Positions 1 to 12,298 are shown, counted from the stretch's first letter. The stretch: DNA of 64,000 nt from Nanobdellota archaeon (GCA_042572295.1 JBHPFA010000004.1:1683-65682), one strand, 5' to 3'. Numbers and translations are program-made. Notes: generated by a model from the letters alone, not told the origin.

Positions 1-1340
1 ACCCTAAGATTGATGATAACCTCGGGAAACTGAGGCTAATAATCAATAGGTGTGAGAGGTTGGAATACACTTTCACTGAAACGTAAGGTCTTAGGATGAG
101 ACTGCACCCGATTAGGCTTGTTGTTGAGGTAAATACTCAACAAACCAACGATCGGTAAGGGCTCTTAACGGAGAGGCCCTGAGAAGGAATCTGAGACACT
201 ATTCCTAGCTCTATGGAGTGCAGCAGGCGGGAGAATTTTCCAATGTCCGAAAGGATGAGAAAGGAATCCAAAGTGTTCCTCTTAGAGGAACTTTTGTCCA
301 CTATAAAAAGGTGGAAGAATAAGGACTGGGCAAGACTGGTGCCAGCCGCCGCGGTAATCCCAGCAGTCCAAATCGCAACCGCATTTATTAGGTCTAAAAC
401 ATTCGTAGCTCGCGAAGTAAGTTTTCTGTGAAATCGTTGCGCTCAACGTAACGGCGTGCAGGAGATACTGCTTTGCTGGAGATCGGGAGACGTAACGAGT
501 ACGTTTGAGGTAGTGGTAAAATACTTTAATCTCAACTGGACTAACAATGGCGAAGGCACGTTACGAGAACGATTCTGACGGTGAGGAATGAAGGCCAGGG
601 GCGCAAAATGGATTAGATACCCATGTAGTCCTGGCAGTAAACCCTGCTTACTAAACATTGTGTTCCCTTAGGGGGAATGCAGTGCTGAAGCGAAGGCGTA
701 GAGTAAGCTACCTGGGGAGTATAGCCGCAAGGCCGAAACTTAAAGAAATTGGCGGGGGGACACACAAGGAGTGACGCGTGCGGTTCAATTAGATTCTACA
801 CCGTGAACCTCACCAGGAGCGACAGCAGGATGAAGGTCAGTCTGAAGGGCTTACCCGACACGCTGAGAGGAGATGCATGGCCAACGTAAGCTTGTGCCGT
901 GAGGTGCCCTGTTAAATCAGGTAACAAGCGAGACCTGCATGTATAATTGCTACTTGGAAAAAGAGCACATTATACAGACTGCCTCAGTAATGAGGAGGAA
1001 GGCGCAGTCGACGTTAGGTGGTACGTCCCGAATCCCCTGGGCTACACGCGCGCGGCAATGCTACATGCAATGAGACGCAACTCCGAAAGGAGGAGCAAAT
1101 CCCTTAAAATGTAGCTTAGTTCAGATTGAAGTCTGCAACTCGATTTCATGACGATGGAATTCCTAGTAATCGGATATCATCAGTGTCCGGTGAATAAGTC
1201 CCTGTTCCTTGCACACACTGCCCATCAAGCCAACCGAATTATGTCTGGATGAAATCCGAAAGGAGTGAATTCAAATATGATAAGGTAGGTTAAGTTGTCA
1301 CAAGGTATCCGTAGGGGAACCTGCGGATGGATCACCTCCT
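1..1340 (+). rRNA. rrs: 16S rRNA (5' end lies upstream of the window)
   Basis: GTGCCAGCCGCCGCGGTAA at ~339-357, GGATTAGATACCC at ~610-622, AAACTTAAAG at ~736, and the 3' anti-SD end GGATCACCTCCT at 1329-1340. Confidence 0.98.
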
Positions 1341-1404
1341 AAAAATTAATAAAAGAACATGGTCAAACACTAATAGTACTATTTCAACAACTCTACGAAA
1401 CTAA

Positions 1405-1475
1405 GGGCCTGTAGTCCAATGGTAGAATTCGTCCTTTGCAAGGATGGGATCTGGGTTCGATTCCCAGCAGGTCCA
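1405..1475 (+). tRNA. tRNA-Ala(UGC) in the 16S-23S spacer
   Basis: Acceptor stem GGGCCTG/CAGGTCC with G3:U70, anticodon arm CGTCC-TT TGC AA-GGATG, T-loop GTTCGATTC. CCA is not encoded. Confidence 0.97.
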
Positions 1476-1642
1476 TTTCAAACTTTTAAAGTTTGATTAA
1501 GAAGATGGATTTAAAATCCATCAAGACGAAACTTTATGTTTCATGATCAAGTTTTCTTGATCAGGTTAAAAAAAAGTAGTTCCCAATGTGAGTTGGGGAT
1601 GAAAGCTGAATAGTCAGTTATTCCGTAATTGTCTATGATGAG

Positions 1643-1713
1643 GCGGCATAGTAAGGAAGACCACTCTAGTTAGAACTTTTAGTTCTAACTATAGGAGTAA
1701 TATATTATTGACC
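1643..1713 (+). other. 5' arm of the 23S rRNA processing stem
   Basis: GCGGCATAGTAAGGAAG (1643-1659) is complementary to CTTCCTTACTATGTCGC (4537-4553). TATATTATTGACC (1701-1713) is complementary to GGTTAATAATATA (4524-4536). Confidence 0.85.
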
Positions 1714-1720
1714 TTCTCAT

Positions 1721-4516
<2,796 letters not shown>

Positions 4517-4580
4517 CACATTTGGTTAATAATATACTTCCTTACTATGTCGCAATCACTTTTTTTAAAAAAATTCTAAA

Positions 4581-4847
4581 ATGAATAAAAGAATAAGAAC
4601 TCAATTGCTGACTGATAAAAAATTCAATTTATCTAAGCTAGAGCTCTCATTATTGGAAAAAGCTTCTAAAACTTTTGAATTAATTTCTACTGGAAAATTA
4701 GATACTGATGAATCAGGAATGGCTTATGATGCCTTTGGAGTATACCAACCAACTCTTGAAAAAGTTAAGAGTATCGAATATTTTGGAAATATTTTAGATA
4801 ACTATGAAAAAGAATTGAAAAAAAGATATGATATAATCACACTTTAA
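4581..4847 (+). CDS. hypothetical protein (88 aa)
   Basis: ATG-started ORF filling the gap after the rRNA operon. No recognisable motif. Confidence 0.55.
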   Translation: MNKRIRTQLLTDKKFNLSKLELSLLEKASKTFELISTGKLDTDESGMAYDAFGVYQPTLEKVKSIEYFGNILDNYEKELKKRYDIITL

Positions 4848-4884
4848 CAATTAACTTTATAATCCTCGATAATTCTTCATAATC

Positions 4885-5565
4885 ATGAAAGTTGCTGTAT
4901 TATTTTCAGGCGGAAAAGATTCTAGCTATGCTTTGTTTAAAGCAAAAGATGTTCATGAACCTGTTGTTTTGATCAGTATGCTTTCTGAAAATAAAGAGAG
5001 TTATATGTTTCAGACTGCAAATGTTAGCATAACTAAGTTTCAAGCAGAAGCGATTGGCTTGCCGATAATTCAGAAATCAACTAAAGGTGAAAAAGAAGAT
5101 GAATTAGAGGATTTGAAAATTGCTTTAGAAGAAGCTAAAGAGAAATATAAGATTGAAGGTGTTGTTACGGGGGCTTTAGGGAGTGTGTATCAAGCTTCAC
5201 GTGTTCAAAGGATATGTAATGATCTGAAGTTATGGTGTTTTAATCCCATTTGGTTGAAAAATCAAATAAATTTATTGAATGAACTTATTGAAAATAATTT
5301 TAAAGTTGTAATTTCAGGAGTTTTTGCTTTTCCTCTGGAAGCAAATCATCTTGGAAGGATAATAGACAAAGAATTCGTTGAAGAAATGAAGATGCTTCAT
5401 GAAAAACATCAAATAAACCCTGCAGGAGAGGGTGGAGAGATTGAATCTACTGTTTTAGATGCTCCTTTCTTTAAGAAAAAGATAGAGATAGTTGAATCTG
5501 AAGTGAAGTTTGATAATCATGCTGGAACTTTTAACATAAAGGAGGCAGTTTTGGCCGCAAAATGA
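4885..5565 (+). CDS. dph6: diphthine-ammonia ligase / Dph6-family PP-loop ATPase
   Basis: LFSGGKDS PP-loop, SYMF(Q), EKEDELEDLK, YQASRV and PAGEGGEIES motifs. Confidence 0.88.
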   Translation: MKVAVLFSGGKDSSYALFKAKDVHEPVVLISMLSENKESYMFQTANVSITKFQAEAIGLPIIQKSTKGEKEDELEDLKIALEEAKEKYKIEGVVTGALGSVYQASRVQRICNDLKLWCFNPIWLKNQINLLNELIENNFKVVISGVFAFPLEANHLGRIIDKEFVEEMKMLHEKHQINPAGEGGEIESTVLDAPFFKKKIEIVESEVKFDNHAGTFNIKEAVLAAK

Positions 5566-6104
5566 TTTTAGTGATTAATATTTGTAAAGATAAATTAAGT
5601 GAAATAGAATTTGTGAGACCTGTGCAGATGATTGTTAAAAGAGCAGGCTTTAGTTGTTTTATTAAACATTATACAGAATTATATGAAGAAGATATCGAAG
5701 AGGCTGATAAGATAATCATTTGTGGAACTGCTTTGCAAGATTTCGATTATCTTGAAAATATCACAAAATTTGAGTGGATAAAAAACTGTAAGAAACCTAT
5801 TCTTGGAATTTGTGCAGGGATGCAGATTATCGGGAAGACTTTTGGTTGTGAGATTTATGATAATGAAAATATTGGGCAGGCAGATGTTAAAACTTCCTCA
5901 CAGAATGACCTTACAGATGAAGACGAGTTTTATGCTTATTTCTTAAACAATAAAACAATCAAAGTAAGTAAGGACTTTGAAGTTCTTGTTCGTGGAAAAG
6001 AAGTTGAAGGGATGATTAAACATAAAAGTAAGAGGATATGGGGAACATTATTCCATCCAGAAGTTATGAACTCTGATATTCTTGTTAGGTTCTGCGAGCT
6101 TTAA
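5562..6104 (+). CDS. class I glutamine amidotransferase
   Basis: PILGICAGMQ nucleophile elbow (Cys) and FHPE (His-Glu). ATGA overlap with the upstream gene. Confidence 0.85.
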   Translation: MILVINICKDKLSEIEFVRPVQMIVKRAGFSCFIKHYTELYEEDIEEADKIIICGTALQDFDYLENITKFEWIKNCKKPILGICAGMQIIGKTFGCEIYDNENIGQADVKTSSQNDLTDEDEFYAYFLNNKTIKVSKDFEVLVRGKEVEGMIKHKSKRIWGTLFHPEVMNSDILVRFCEL

Positions 6105-6610
6105 TAGTCAACATTATCAGCTTCATCTCTTGCCCATTCACGTATGTTTTTATATGATTCATCGGATTTCATTTTTTTCTTTAAAGATCTGATGAAGGAC
6201 AATACTTTTTTCTTATCTTTAGTCCCACGAGCAATTCTTCCAATAGCTATTGCAATGTTTCTCGGAACAAACTTATCCTTTTCTTCTGCTAGACGTACTC
6301 CTCCAAAAATAGAAGCTCTAGCTTGCATATAGCTATAAAAAGTACCAAATACTTTTTTGGAAGTAAATAATTTAGCAGCAACTCCTACTGACCTCTTGCT
6401 ATGAGTATATCGAGCAATTTTTTCAAGACTGCCCTTAATTGCACCTATTACTCTCTCGCCCACATCATACTTTTCCATAAGAAAATCATAGAAATACTTG
6501 CCATTGGGAGATATAGGTTCTCCATTAAGAGTTCTTCCAGGACCTAATCTATAAAGTACAGCCTTTTCATATCTTGCAATACATTTTTCTAATTTTGATT
6601 GTTTTTTCAT
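6101..6610 (-). CDS. hypothetical basic protein
   Basis: 169-aa ORF in a co-directional, tightly packed 4-gene run. Confidence 0.65.
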   Translation of the reverse strand: MKKQSKLEKCIARYEKAVLYRLGPGRTLNGEPISPNGKYFYDFLMEKYDVGERVIGAIKGSLEKIARYTHSKRSVGVAAKLFTSKKVFGTFYSYMQARASIFGGVRLAEEKDKFVPRNIAIAIGRIARGTKDKKKVLSFIRSLKKKMKSDESYKNIREWARDEADNVDY

Positions 6611-6619
6611 TTTTGCTTT

Positions 6620-6985
6620 TTATTTACGACCTATTTTAGTAGGTTTGAGATTATTTTGCTGATTATATTTTTCAATTAATTGAAAATATTTTTCAGAAAG
6701 TCGTGCATTCTTATATAATATATCCACAGTTGGAGAACTAAGTTCTAAAGCATTTGTAACAAGTTCAGCTATGATGGGCCGTAGTCTTTTGGGTGCTTCC
6801 TTTATAACTTTATGATAAATCTCTAATTGAATTATTAACCCTTCTCTTGCATCACTTCCCTCACTTCCCTCCTCATAAAGTCCAAAGTCTGGACGTATAG
6901 GCTCCTTAAATGTTTCTTTAACAATTTTTTCGATATTTATTCCTTTATTTTTACTCATTTTTCCTAATTCTGATTGTTTTTTCAT
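6620..6985 (-). CDS. hypothetical protein
   Basis: 121-aa ORF with 4-bp overlap with the upstream gene. N-terminus resembles that of 6101-6610. Confidence 0.65.
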   Translation of the reverse strand: MKKQSELGKMSKNKGINIEKIVKETFKEPIRPDFGLYEEGSEGSDAREGLIIQLEIYHKVIKEAPKRLRPIIAELVTNALELSSPTVDILYKNARLSEKYFQLIEKYNQQNNLKPTKIGRK

Positions 6986-7542
6986 TTTGATTTCCCCCTT
7001 TTCTTTTTTAGAGACTTAAACAAAGGGCTTTTAGTTCTCTTTAGTGCTCTCTTGGTTTTCTTTACCTTATCCATTCCGATTGAATCTAGTGTTTTCTTGT
7101 CTAATTTTTCATCTTTTGGATATCCTCTTTGTTTCCATCCAAAAAATCCCCCTTCAAGAATATACATGGACATAACTGCAAAGTCTGAAGCAGGTATGTT
7201 GTAATCCCCTATCTTTACACCCTCATATTTATTTTCTACTTCAACATCCAAGAAACCAACATGTTCCATAGGATTTAATCTAGAGACTAAATCAGAATCT
7301 TCAGCAGTTTTTCCTTCTCTCACTGCATCTCCTAAATGTGTAAATAATTGTTTCTCAAAGTAGTCTTCAGAATAACAAGCAACCCTTCCTGATTTATCTG
7401 AAGGATCTCTAGCAAAGTCTTCGATAATCTTACACATCTCTGATGTAGGAACATAATATCTTCCTAGTTTAAAGTAACTAAGAGTATGAATATAACCTGT
7501 ATCTATGTCTCCATGTTTTCTTGTTTTTACTGCTAATGTCAT
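6982..7542 (-). CDS. hypothetical protein
   Basis: 186-aa ORF with GGAG upstream of the start codon. Confidence 0.7.
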   Translation of the reverse strand: MTLAVKTRKHGDIDTGYIHTLSYFKLGRYYVPTSEMCKIIEDFARDPSDKSGRVACYSEDYFEKQLFTHLGDAVREGKTAEDSDLVSRLNPMEHVGFLDVEVENKYEGVKIGDYNIPASDFAVMSMYILEGGFFGWKQRGYPKDEKLDKKTLDSIGMDKVKKTKRALKRTKSPLFKSLKKKRGKSK

Positions 7543-7554
7543 TTTATTTTCTCC

Positions 7555-7755
7555 TTATTTGTAATATCTTTCTTTTGCATTTAATCGAACTAAGTTTTTA
7601 TCCAAAACATAACCCTCTCTCGTTTTCTTGAAAAAGTCATTAGTCTGTTTTTGACGGTAGATCTCTCTACCATAGATGTTTCCCCAATATTCCATTCCTG
7701 ATTCCTTATCAAGGGGGAATTCTTCAACTTTGTTTTCAATTGTTTCGTTTTCCAT
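7555..7755 (-). CDS. hypothetical small protein
   Basis: 66-aa ORF with AAGGAG upstream. First gene of the minus-strand run. Confidence 0.55.
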   Translation of the reverse strand: MENETIENKVEEFPLDKESGMEYWGNIYGREIYRQKQTNDFFKKTREGYVLDKNLVRLNAKERYYK

Positions 7756-7875
7756 TTTGTTTTGCTCCTTACCATTGTGTTAGTATTATAGGGTAGTACT
7801 CCTATATATAACTAGGCCTCCCCCTTGGGGGTTGCAAATAAGAAGGTTTAAATAAGTCAGCGTCGATAAGTTAAT

Positions 7876-8580
7876 ATGAAACTCAAACAATTAGGATTAT
7901 CAGATTCTGAGGAAAAGGCCTACAAAGCCTTAGTTCATCTTGGAAAGTCTTCTGCTAGTGATGTCAGTAGAGAGGGTGGAGTATCTTATGGGAAGATATA
8001 TGAGGTTCTTGCTTCCCTTGAAAGAAAAGGATTAGTTAGAGTTGTTCCCGAGAAAACAAAGAAGTTCACTGCAACAGACCCTACAAATTTGATGAAAATT
8101 GTTGATGATAAAGAAGAACAATTGGGTGTATTGAGAACAGAAGTTAAAAATCTAAAGCAGATGTATGAATCTCGTGAAGAAGAAGTTGTGCAGCTTGTTA
8201 AAGGAGTCAATAATTTTCCAAAAGTAATGCGTAATTTTGCTAAACCCCACAAATATAGCTACAGCATCAAGTATAATTCCCTCTATAAACCAGAAGTGGT
8301 AATGCGAGCAGAAACTGAGGTCTTGAAAGGAATAGATGTTAAATCTTTAGCAAGATATGAAGAAGATACAAAGAGAGATATTAAGAAATGGTTGAAGGTT
8401 GTTCCCAATATCAGAGAAATGAAGAATAAAGGGACTTCTATTTTTATGAATGAATCCGAGGTTGTGTTTACATTAATAAAAAGTAATATTATCGTGTCTA
8501 TTAAGGATAAAACCCTTTGTGATTTGATGAAAAATCTCTTTGATAATACTTATAAGATTTCTGAAAAGATCAAAAAGTAA
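7876..8580 (+). CDS. TrmB-family transcriptional regulator
   Basis: LKQLGLSDSEEKAY...ASDVSREGGVSYGKIYEVLASLERKGLV, the TrmB winged-helix N-terminal domain. Confidence 0.9.
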   Translation: MKLKQLGLSDSEEKAYKALVHLGKSSASDVSREGGVSYGKIYEVLASLERKGLVRVVPEKTKKFTATDPTNLMKIVDDKEEQLGVLRTEVKNLKQMYESREEEVVQLVKGVNNFPKVMRNFAKPHKYSYSIKYNSLYKPEVVMRAETEVLKGIDVKSLARYEEDTKRDIKKWLKVVPNIREMKNKGTSIFMNESEVVFTLIKSNIIVSIKDKTLCDLMKNLFDNTYKISEKIKK

Positions 8581-8610
8581 AGCTTATAAACAACAAATAG
8601 ATCGATAAAT

Positions 8611-8906
8611 TAAGTAACGGAGCTGACTTTCGGAACTTTACTGTAAAAGGTAATTCCTCGATATGTATGAGGAAATAGTTCTGAGGAAGGTCCGCCCACC
8701 CTTTACGCGACGGTGTAAAGAAGTAACCAGTTTCATAAGAAATGGTGCTGTGAAGTATCGGCTCTGCAACAGAAACGATCCTATTAAGTTAGGCTGAAAC
8801 GGGCAACCTGGTTGGTGCAACTCATTTGATGAGGCTTAGTAGAATGTCAGTACATTCTGCCCTCGCTTGCGAGGAGAATGACAGAAGGCGGCCTATCCGT
8901 TACTTA
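8611..8906 (+). ncRNA. rnpB: RNase P RNA
   Basis: P1 TAAGTAACGGA/TCCGTTACTTA, CR-I GAGGAAGGTCCGCCC, CR-II/III ACAGAAA and TGAAACGG, and CR-V ACAGAAGGCGGCCTA pairing with CR-I to form P4. Confidence 0.9.
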
Positions 8907-8956
8907 TTATCTCTTTCTAAAAACGTTTAAAAACATGTTTTTACTGTCAAAACTAC

Positions 8957-9028
8957 GGGTCGGTAGCTCAGGGGGAGAGCACAACGCTGAAGACGTTGGA
9001 GTCGAGGGTTCGAATCCCTCCCGACCCA
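8957..9028 (+). tRNA. tRNA-Phe(GAA)
   Basis: Acceptor stem GGGTCGG/CCGACCC, anticodon arm CAACG-CT GAA GA-CGTTG, T-loop GTTCGAATC. Confidence 0.96.
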
Positions 9029-9080
9029 TTCAAGAAACTTTTATAAACGAGAATAGCTAGTTTATATTAATAAAAAGAGG

Positions 9081-9635
9081 GTGAAAATGAGAGCTTTATT
9101 AGATAAGAGGGGAGCATTTGAAATGAGTATGACAACTGTGGTTGTTATCGTTCTAGCAATGTTAATGTTGATAATGGGATTAACTTTAGTAAGAACTATT
9201 TTTACTGGAGCTAAGTATAATGTTGAAAATTTAAATGAGGAAGTTAAAGGGGAGATTAACAAACTGTTTATTGAAGAAGATCAAAGATCTGCTATTTACT
9301 TACCAGGAGATACTTTAGAATTGCAACAAGGAAAGGGATCAAATATTGCTTTCGCAATAAGAAATGTTGGTGCTGGCGCAAAATTCAGTTATAGTGTTAA
9401 GTCAATATCAAATGATTGTATAACTAGTGATCCTATGGATTGGTTTAGATTACCCCCTACAGTAAATGAACTTCCAATTCCAAGTGGAAGCACTTTCCAT
9501 GGAAAATTGGTTTTACAAACAGGAACAGATGCTGAAATATGTATTTCCCAATTCGTAATAGAGATTCAAAAAGAAGGCCAACTTTATGATAGTCCTTCCT
9601 TTATTGTAGAATCAAAAGCTAGAGGACTGCTTTAA
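9081..9635 (+). CDS. pilin-like protein with class III signal peptide
   Basis: KRG/AFEMS followed by a hydrophobic stretch, then a beta-rich domain. Confidence 0.75.
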   Translation: MKMRALLDKRGAFEMSMTTVVVIVLAMLMLIMGLTLVRTIFTGAKYNVENLNEEVKGEINKLFIEEDQRSAIYLPGDTLELQQGKGSNIAFAIRNVGAGAKFSYSVKSISNDCITSDPMDWFRLPPTVNELPIPSGSTFHGKLVLQTGTDAEICISQFVIEIQKEGQLYDSPSFIVESKARGLL

Positions 9636-9677
9636 TTTTACAGTAAGATTATTAAACAATTCTAGCATGAGGAAACT

Positions 9678-11060
9678 ATGTTAAAAGTATATAACACTTT
9701 GACAAGAAAGAAAGAGGTATTCAAGCCCTTGAAGAAGGGCCAAGTAGGAGTTTATACTTGTGGGCCTACAGTTTATTGGTATCAACATATTGGAAATCTA
9801 AGAACTTTTGTTAATGAGGACTTTATGAAAAGAGTTCTTTTGTATAATAAATTTAAGGTCAAGCATGTAATCAATATAACAGATGTAGGCCATTTAACTT
9901 CTGATGCCGATGTTGGTGAAGATAAAATGATGAAAGGGTTAAAACGAGAGGGTTTGCCTCCAACAGAAAAATCTCTCCTTTTATTGGCAGAGAGATATTC
10001 CAAGACCTTCAAAGAAGATCTTAAAAAATTGAATGTAATTGAACCAAGTGTTTGGAGTGTTGCTACAAAACATATCAAAGAAATGATCAATCTAATTAAG
10101 AAAATAGAAAAAAGAGGTTATAGCTATGAAACTGATTCTGCAGTCTACTTTGATATAACTAAATTCAAAGATTATGGTAAACTGGCAAAACTCAAGCTTG
10201 ATGAATCTAAAACAAAATCCAGAACAGAATTAGATCCTGATAAAAAACATGCTGCAGATTTTGTGTTGTGGTTCAAAGCTACTGGAAAAAGAGAGAAACA
10301 TATAATGAAATGGGATTCTCCATGGGGGAAAGGATTCCCTGGATGGCATATAGAATGTTCTGCAATGTCTGCAAAGTATCTCGGAGAAACTTTGGATATC
10401 CACTCGGGTGGAGAAGAACACATTTCGGTACACCACACTAATGAAATTGCACAAAGTGAAGCAGCTACTGGAAAGAAATTTGTAAACTACTGGAGACATA
10501 ATAGGTGGCTTCTTCTAAAGGGTGGAAAGATGGCAAAAAGTGCTGATGGAGGGTATCTTCTTTCAAAATTAGAATCTCAAGGATTTAGTCCATTAGCTTA
10601 TAGATATTTTTGTTTAAGCTCACATTATAGAACTCTGCTAGACTTTACAAAAGAAGGAATGAAAAATGCAAAGAATTCTTATGACCGACTTAAAAATATT
10701 TGTGCAGAATTAAAAGACGACAAGAAAAAGAATGAAAAATATTTGAAAGAATTTGAAAAAGAAATAAATGATGATTTTGAATCTCCAAAAGCACTATCAG
10801 TTTTATGGAAACTTTTACGTGACTCACAAGCTGTTGGAAAGTTAAACACTATTAAAGAGATGGATAAAGTTTTTGGTTTGGATTTATTAAAGAAAGAAAA
10901 AATAAATATCTCTTCTAATATTCAAAAGCTAGTCGAAGACAGAGATGCTGCAAGAAAAGCAAAAGATTGGGGTAAATCAGACAAAATAAGAGATGAGCTA
11001 GAGAAAAAAGGCTGGCAAGTCAATGATACTCCTGAAGGGACTAAAGTAAATAAAGTATAG
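9678..11060 (+). CDS. cysS: cysteine--tRNA ligase
   Basis: YTCGPTVY, HIGN, PGWHIECSAM and KMAKS motifs. Confidence 0.97.
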   Translation: MLKVYNTLTRKKEVFKPLKKGQVGVYTCGPTVYWYQHIGNLRTFVNEDFMKRVLLYNKFKVKHVINITDVGHLTSDADVGEDKMMKGLKREGLPPTEKSLLLLAERYSKTFKEDLKKLNVIEPSVWSVATKHIKEMINLIKKIEKRGYSYETDSAVYFDITKFKDYGKLAKLKLDESKTKSRTELDPDKKHAADFVLWFKATGKREKHIMKWDSPWGKGFPGWHIECSAMSAKYLGETLDIHSGGEEHISVHHTNEIAQSEAATGKKFVNYWRHNRWLLLKGGKMAKSADGGYLLSKLESQGFSPLAYRYFCLSSHYRTLLDFTKEGMKNAKNSYDRLKNICAELKDDKKKNEKYLKEFEKEINDDFESPKALSVLWKLLRDSQAVGKLNTIKEMDKVFGLDLLKKEKINISSNIQKLVEDRDAARKAKDWGKSDKIRDELEKKGWQVNDTPEGTKVNKV

Positions 11061-11125
11061 ATTATTCTGCTACAGCAATGTGGCAACACAAGACTTATAA
11101 ACTGATTTATCTGAGATGTTTTGAA

Positions 11126-11521
11126 ATGGGATTCATAAAAACAATAAAAATGAAAAAAGAAATATTGAATGTTGTAGACTTAGAGAAAAGACTTCAAGGA
11201 TCAGATGTCAGTATAAGAAGATTCCTTCCAAAAGAGGCTTTTACTTACAGTAGTACTGATCCTAAAAATGGTTGGATAGAGGATTTTAAGATAGAATTCT
11301 ATTCAATTAGAAACAAGAAAAATAAGATACGTGCAAGAATAACAGGAACTTATCATGAATTCTATTTCAATGGAGCTAAAGTTGGGAAACATTCACAAAC
11401 TGTCTCTCAAGACTTCAAAAAATGGGTTGCTATTCCTTCAAAATATTTTAGCAAGAACTATACTGAAAGGTTAGGTTTTAATAGTAAGGTGGCGTTTTTC
11501 ATATATGGCAAAAGAAATTGA
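11126..11521 (+). CDS. hypothetical protein (start uncertain; ORF open from 11078)
   Basis: Co-directional ORF overlapping the next gene. A TATA-like TTATAAA lies ~25 nt upstream of ATG 11126. Confidence 0.55.
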   Translation: MGFIKTIKMKKEILNVVDLEKRLQGSDVSIRRFLPKEAFTYSSTDPKNGWIEDFKIEFYSIRNKKNKIRARITGTYHEFYFNGAKVGKHSQTVSQDFKKWVAIPSKYFSKNYTERLGFNSKVAFFIYGKRN

Positions 11522-12059
11522 TTATAAAAAATTTAGGTGGTTTTTCACATCTTCTGGATTATTAGTTGTTGGAGGTAAGTCTGCTGAGCAGAATGAACAA
11601 TTGATTAAACTAACTAAGCCTAATGATGTTGTCTTACATACAAAAGATCCTGGCTCACCTTTCTGTGTTATCATAGATGAAATAGAAGAGACTCCTGCAG
11701 ATGTTCAAGAAGCTGCTATTTTTTGTGCTTCTTTAAGCCAAGCATGGAAAAAGAAAAAGAATCTGATTGAAGTCAATATTTTTCGTAGAGAGCAAATGAA
11801 TAAAACAAAGAGTATGAAGAAAGGTACTTTTGGAGTTAAAGGTGGAGAACAAAAAATTAAAGTTGTTCCAAAACTGTACTTGACTTTTCAAGAGAATAAA
11901 TTAAGATGTGTGCCTTTTGAGTGTGATATTGCTGAAATAACTCCTGGAGATTTATCCAAGGTAAAAGCAGCTGAAGCGATTGCTAAAAGAATGAGAATTC
12001 CTTTAGATGAAGTTTTATCTACATTGCCTCCAGACAAAATAGGATTAAAATGGTTGTAA
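11505..12059 (+). CDS. NFACT-R (DUF814) RNA-binding domain protein
   Basis: KFRWFFTSSGLLVVGGKSAEQNE...LHT..PGSPF...EAAIFCASLSQAWK. Confidence 0.85.
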   Translation: MAKEIDYKKFRWFFTSSGLLVVGGKSAEQNEQLIKLTKPNDVVLHTKDPGSPFCVIIDEIEETPADVQEAAIFCASLSQAWKKKKNLIEVNIFRREQMNKTKSMKKGTFGVKGGEQKIKVVPKLYLTFQENKLRCVPFECDIAEITPGDLSKVKAAEAIAKRMRIPLDEVLSTLPPDKIGLKWL

Positions 12060-12298
12060 CAAACGTTCAATTAGGGAAGGGGGGAATAACTGATAATTTT
12101 ATTGAGACTATTAAGAATGGTTTCAAGAAACATGATCAAGTAAAAGTTCAAGTCCTACAATCCTTTTCAAGAGATAAAGCAGATATTAAGAAGTCTGCTC
12201 AAGAAATATGTGATAAAATTGAAAATAAAAGATTTAAGTTCAAACCAAAATTAATAGGGTTTACCATTACTCTTCTGAGATTTAAGAATAAAAAGTGA
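12050..12298 (+). CDS. YhbY/CRM-domain RNA-binding protein
   Basis: VQLGKGGITDNFI...HDQVKV...IGFTITL. Confidence 0.82.
   Translation: MVVTNVQLGKGGITDNFIETIKNGFKKHDQVKVQVLQSFSRDKADIKKSAQEICDKIENKRFKFKPKLIGFTITLLRFKNKK

Noticed and set aside
1640-1670. GGCGGCATAG... resembling the 5' end of a 5S rRNA
   Set aside because: It pairs with 4537-4553 as the 23S processing stem and lacks the 5S CCGAAC and other downstream motifs.
8638-9060. ORFs 8638-8820 and 8878-9060
   Set aside because: They overlap RNase P RNA and tRNA-Phe.
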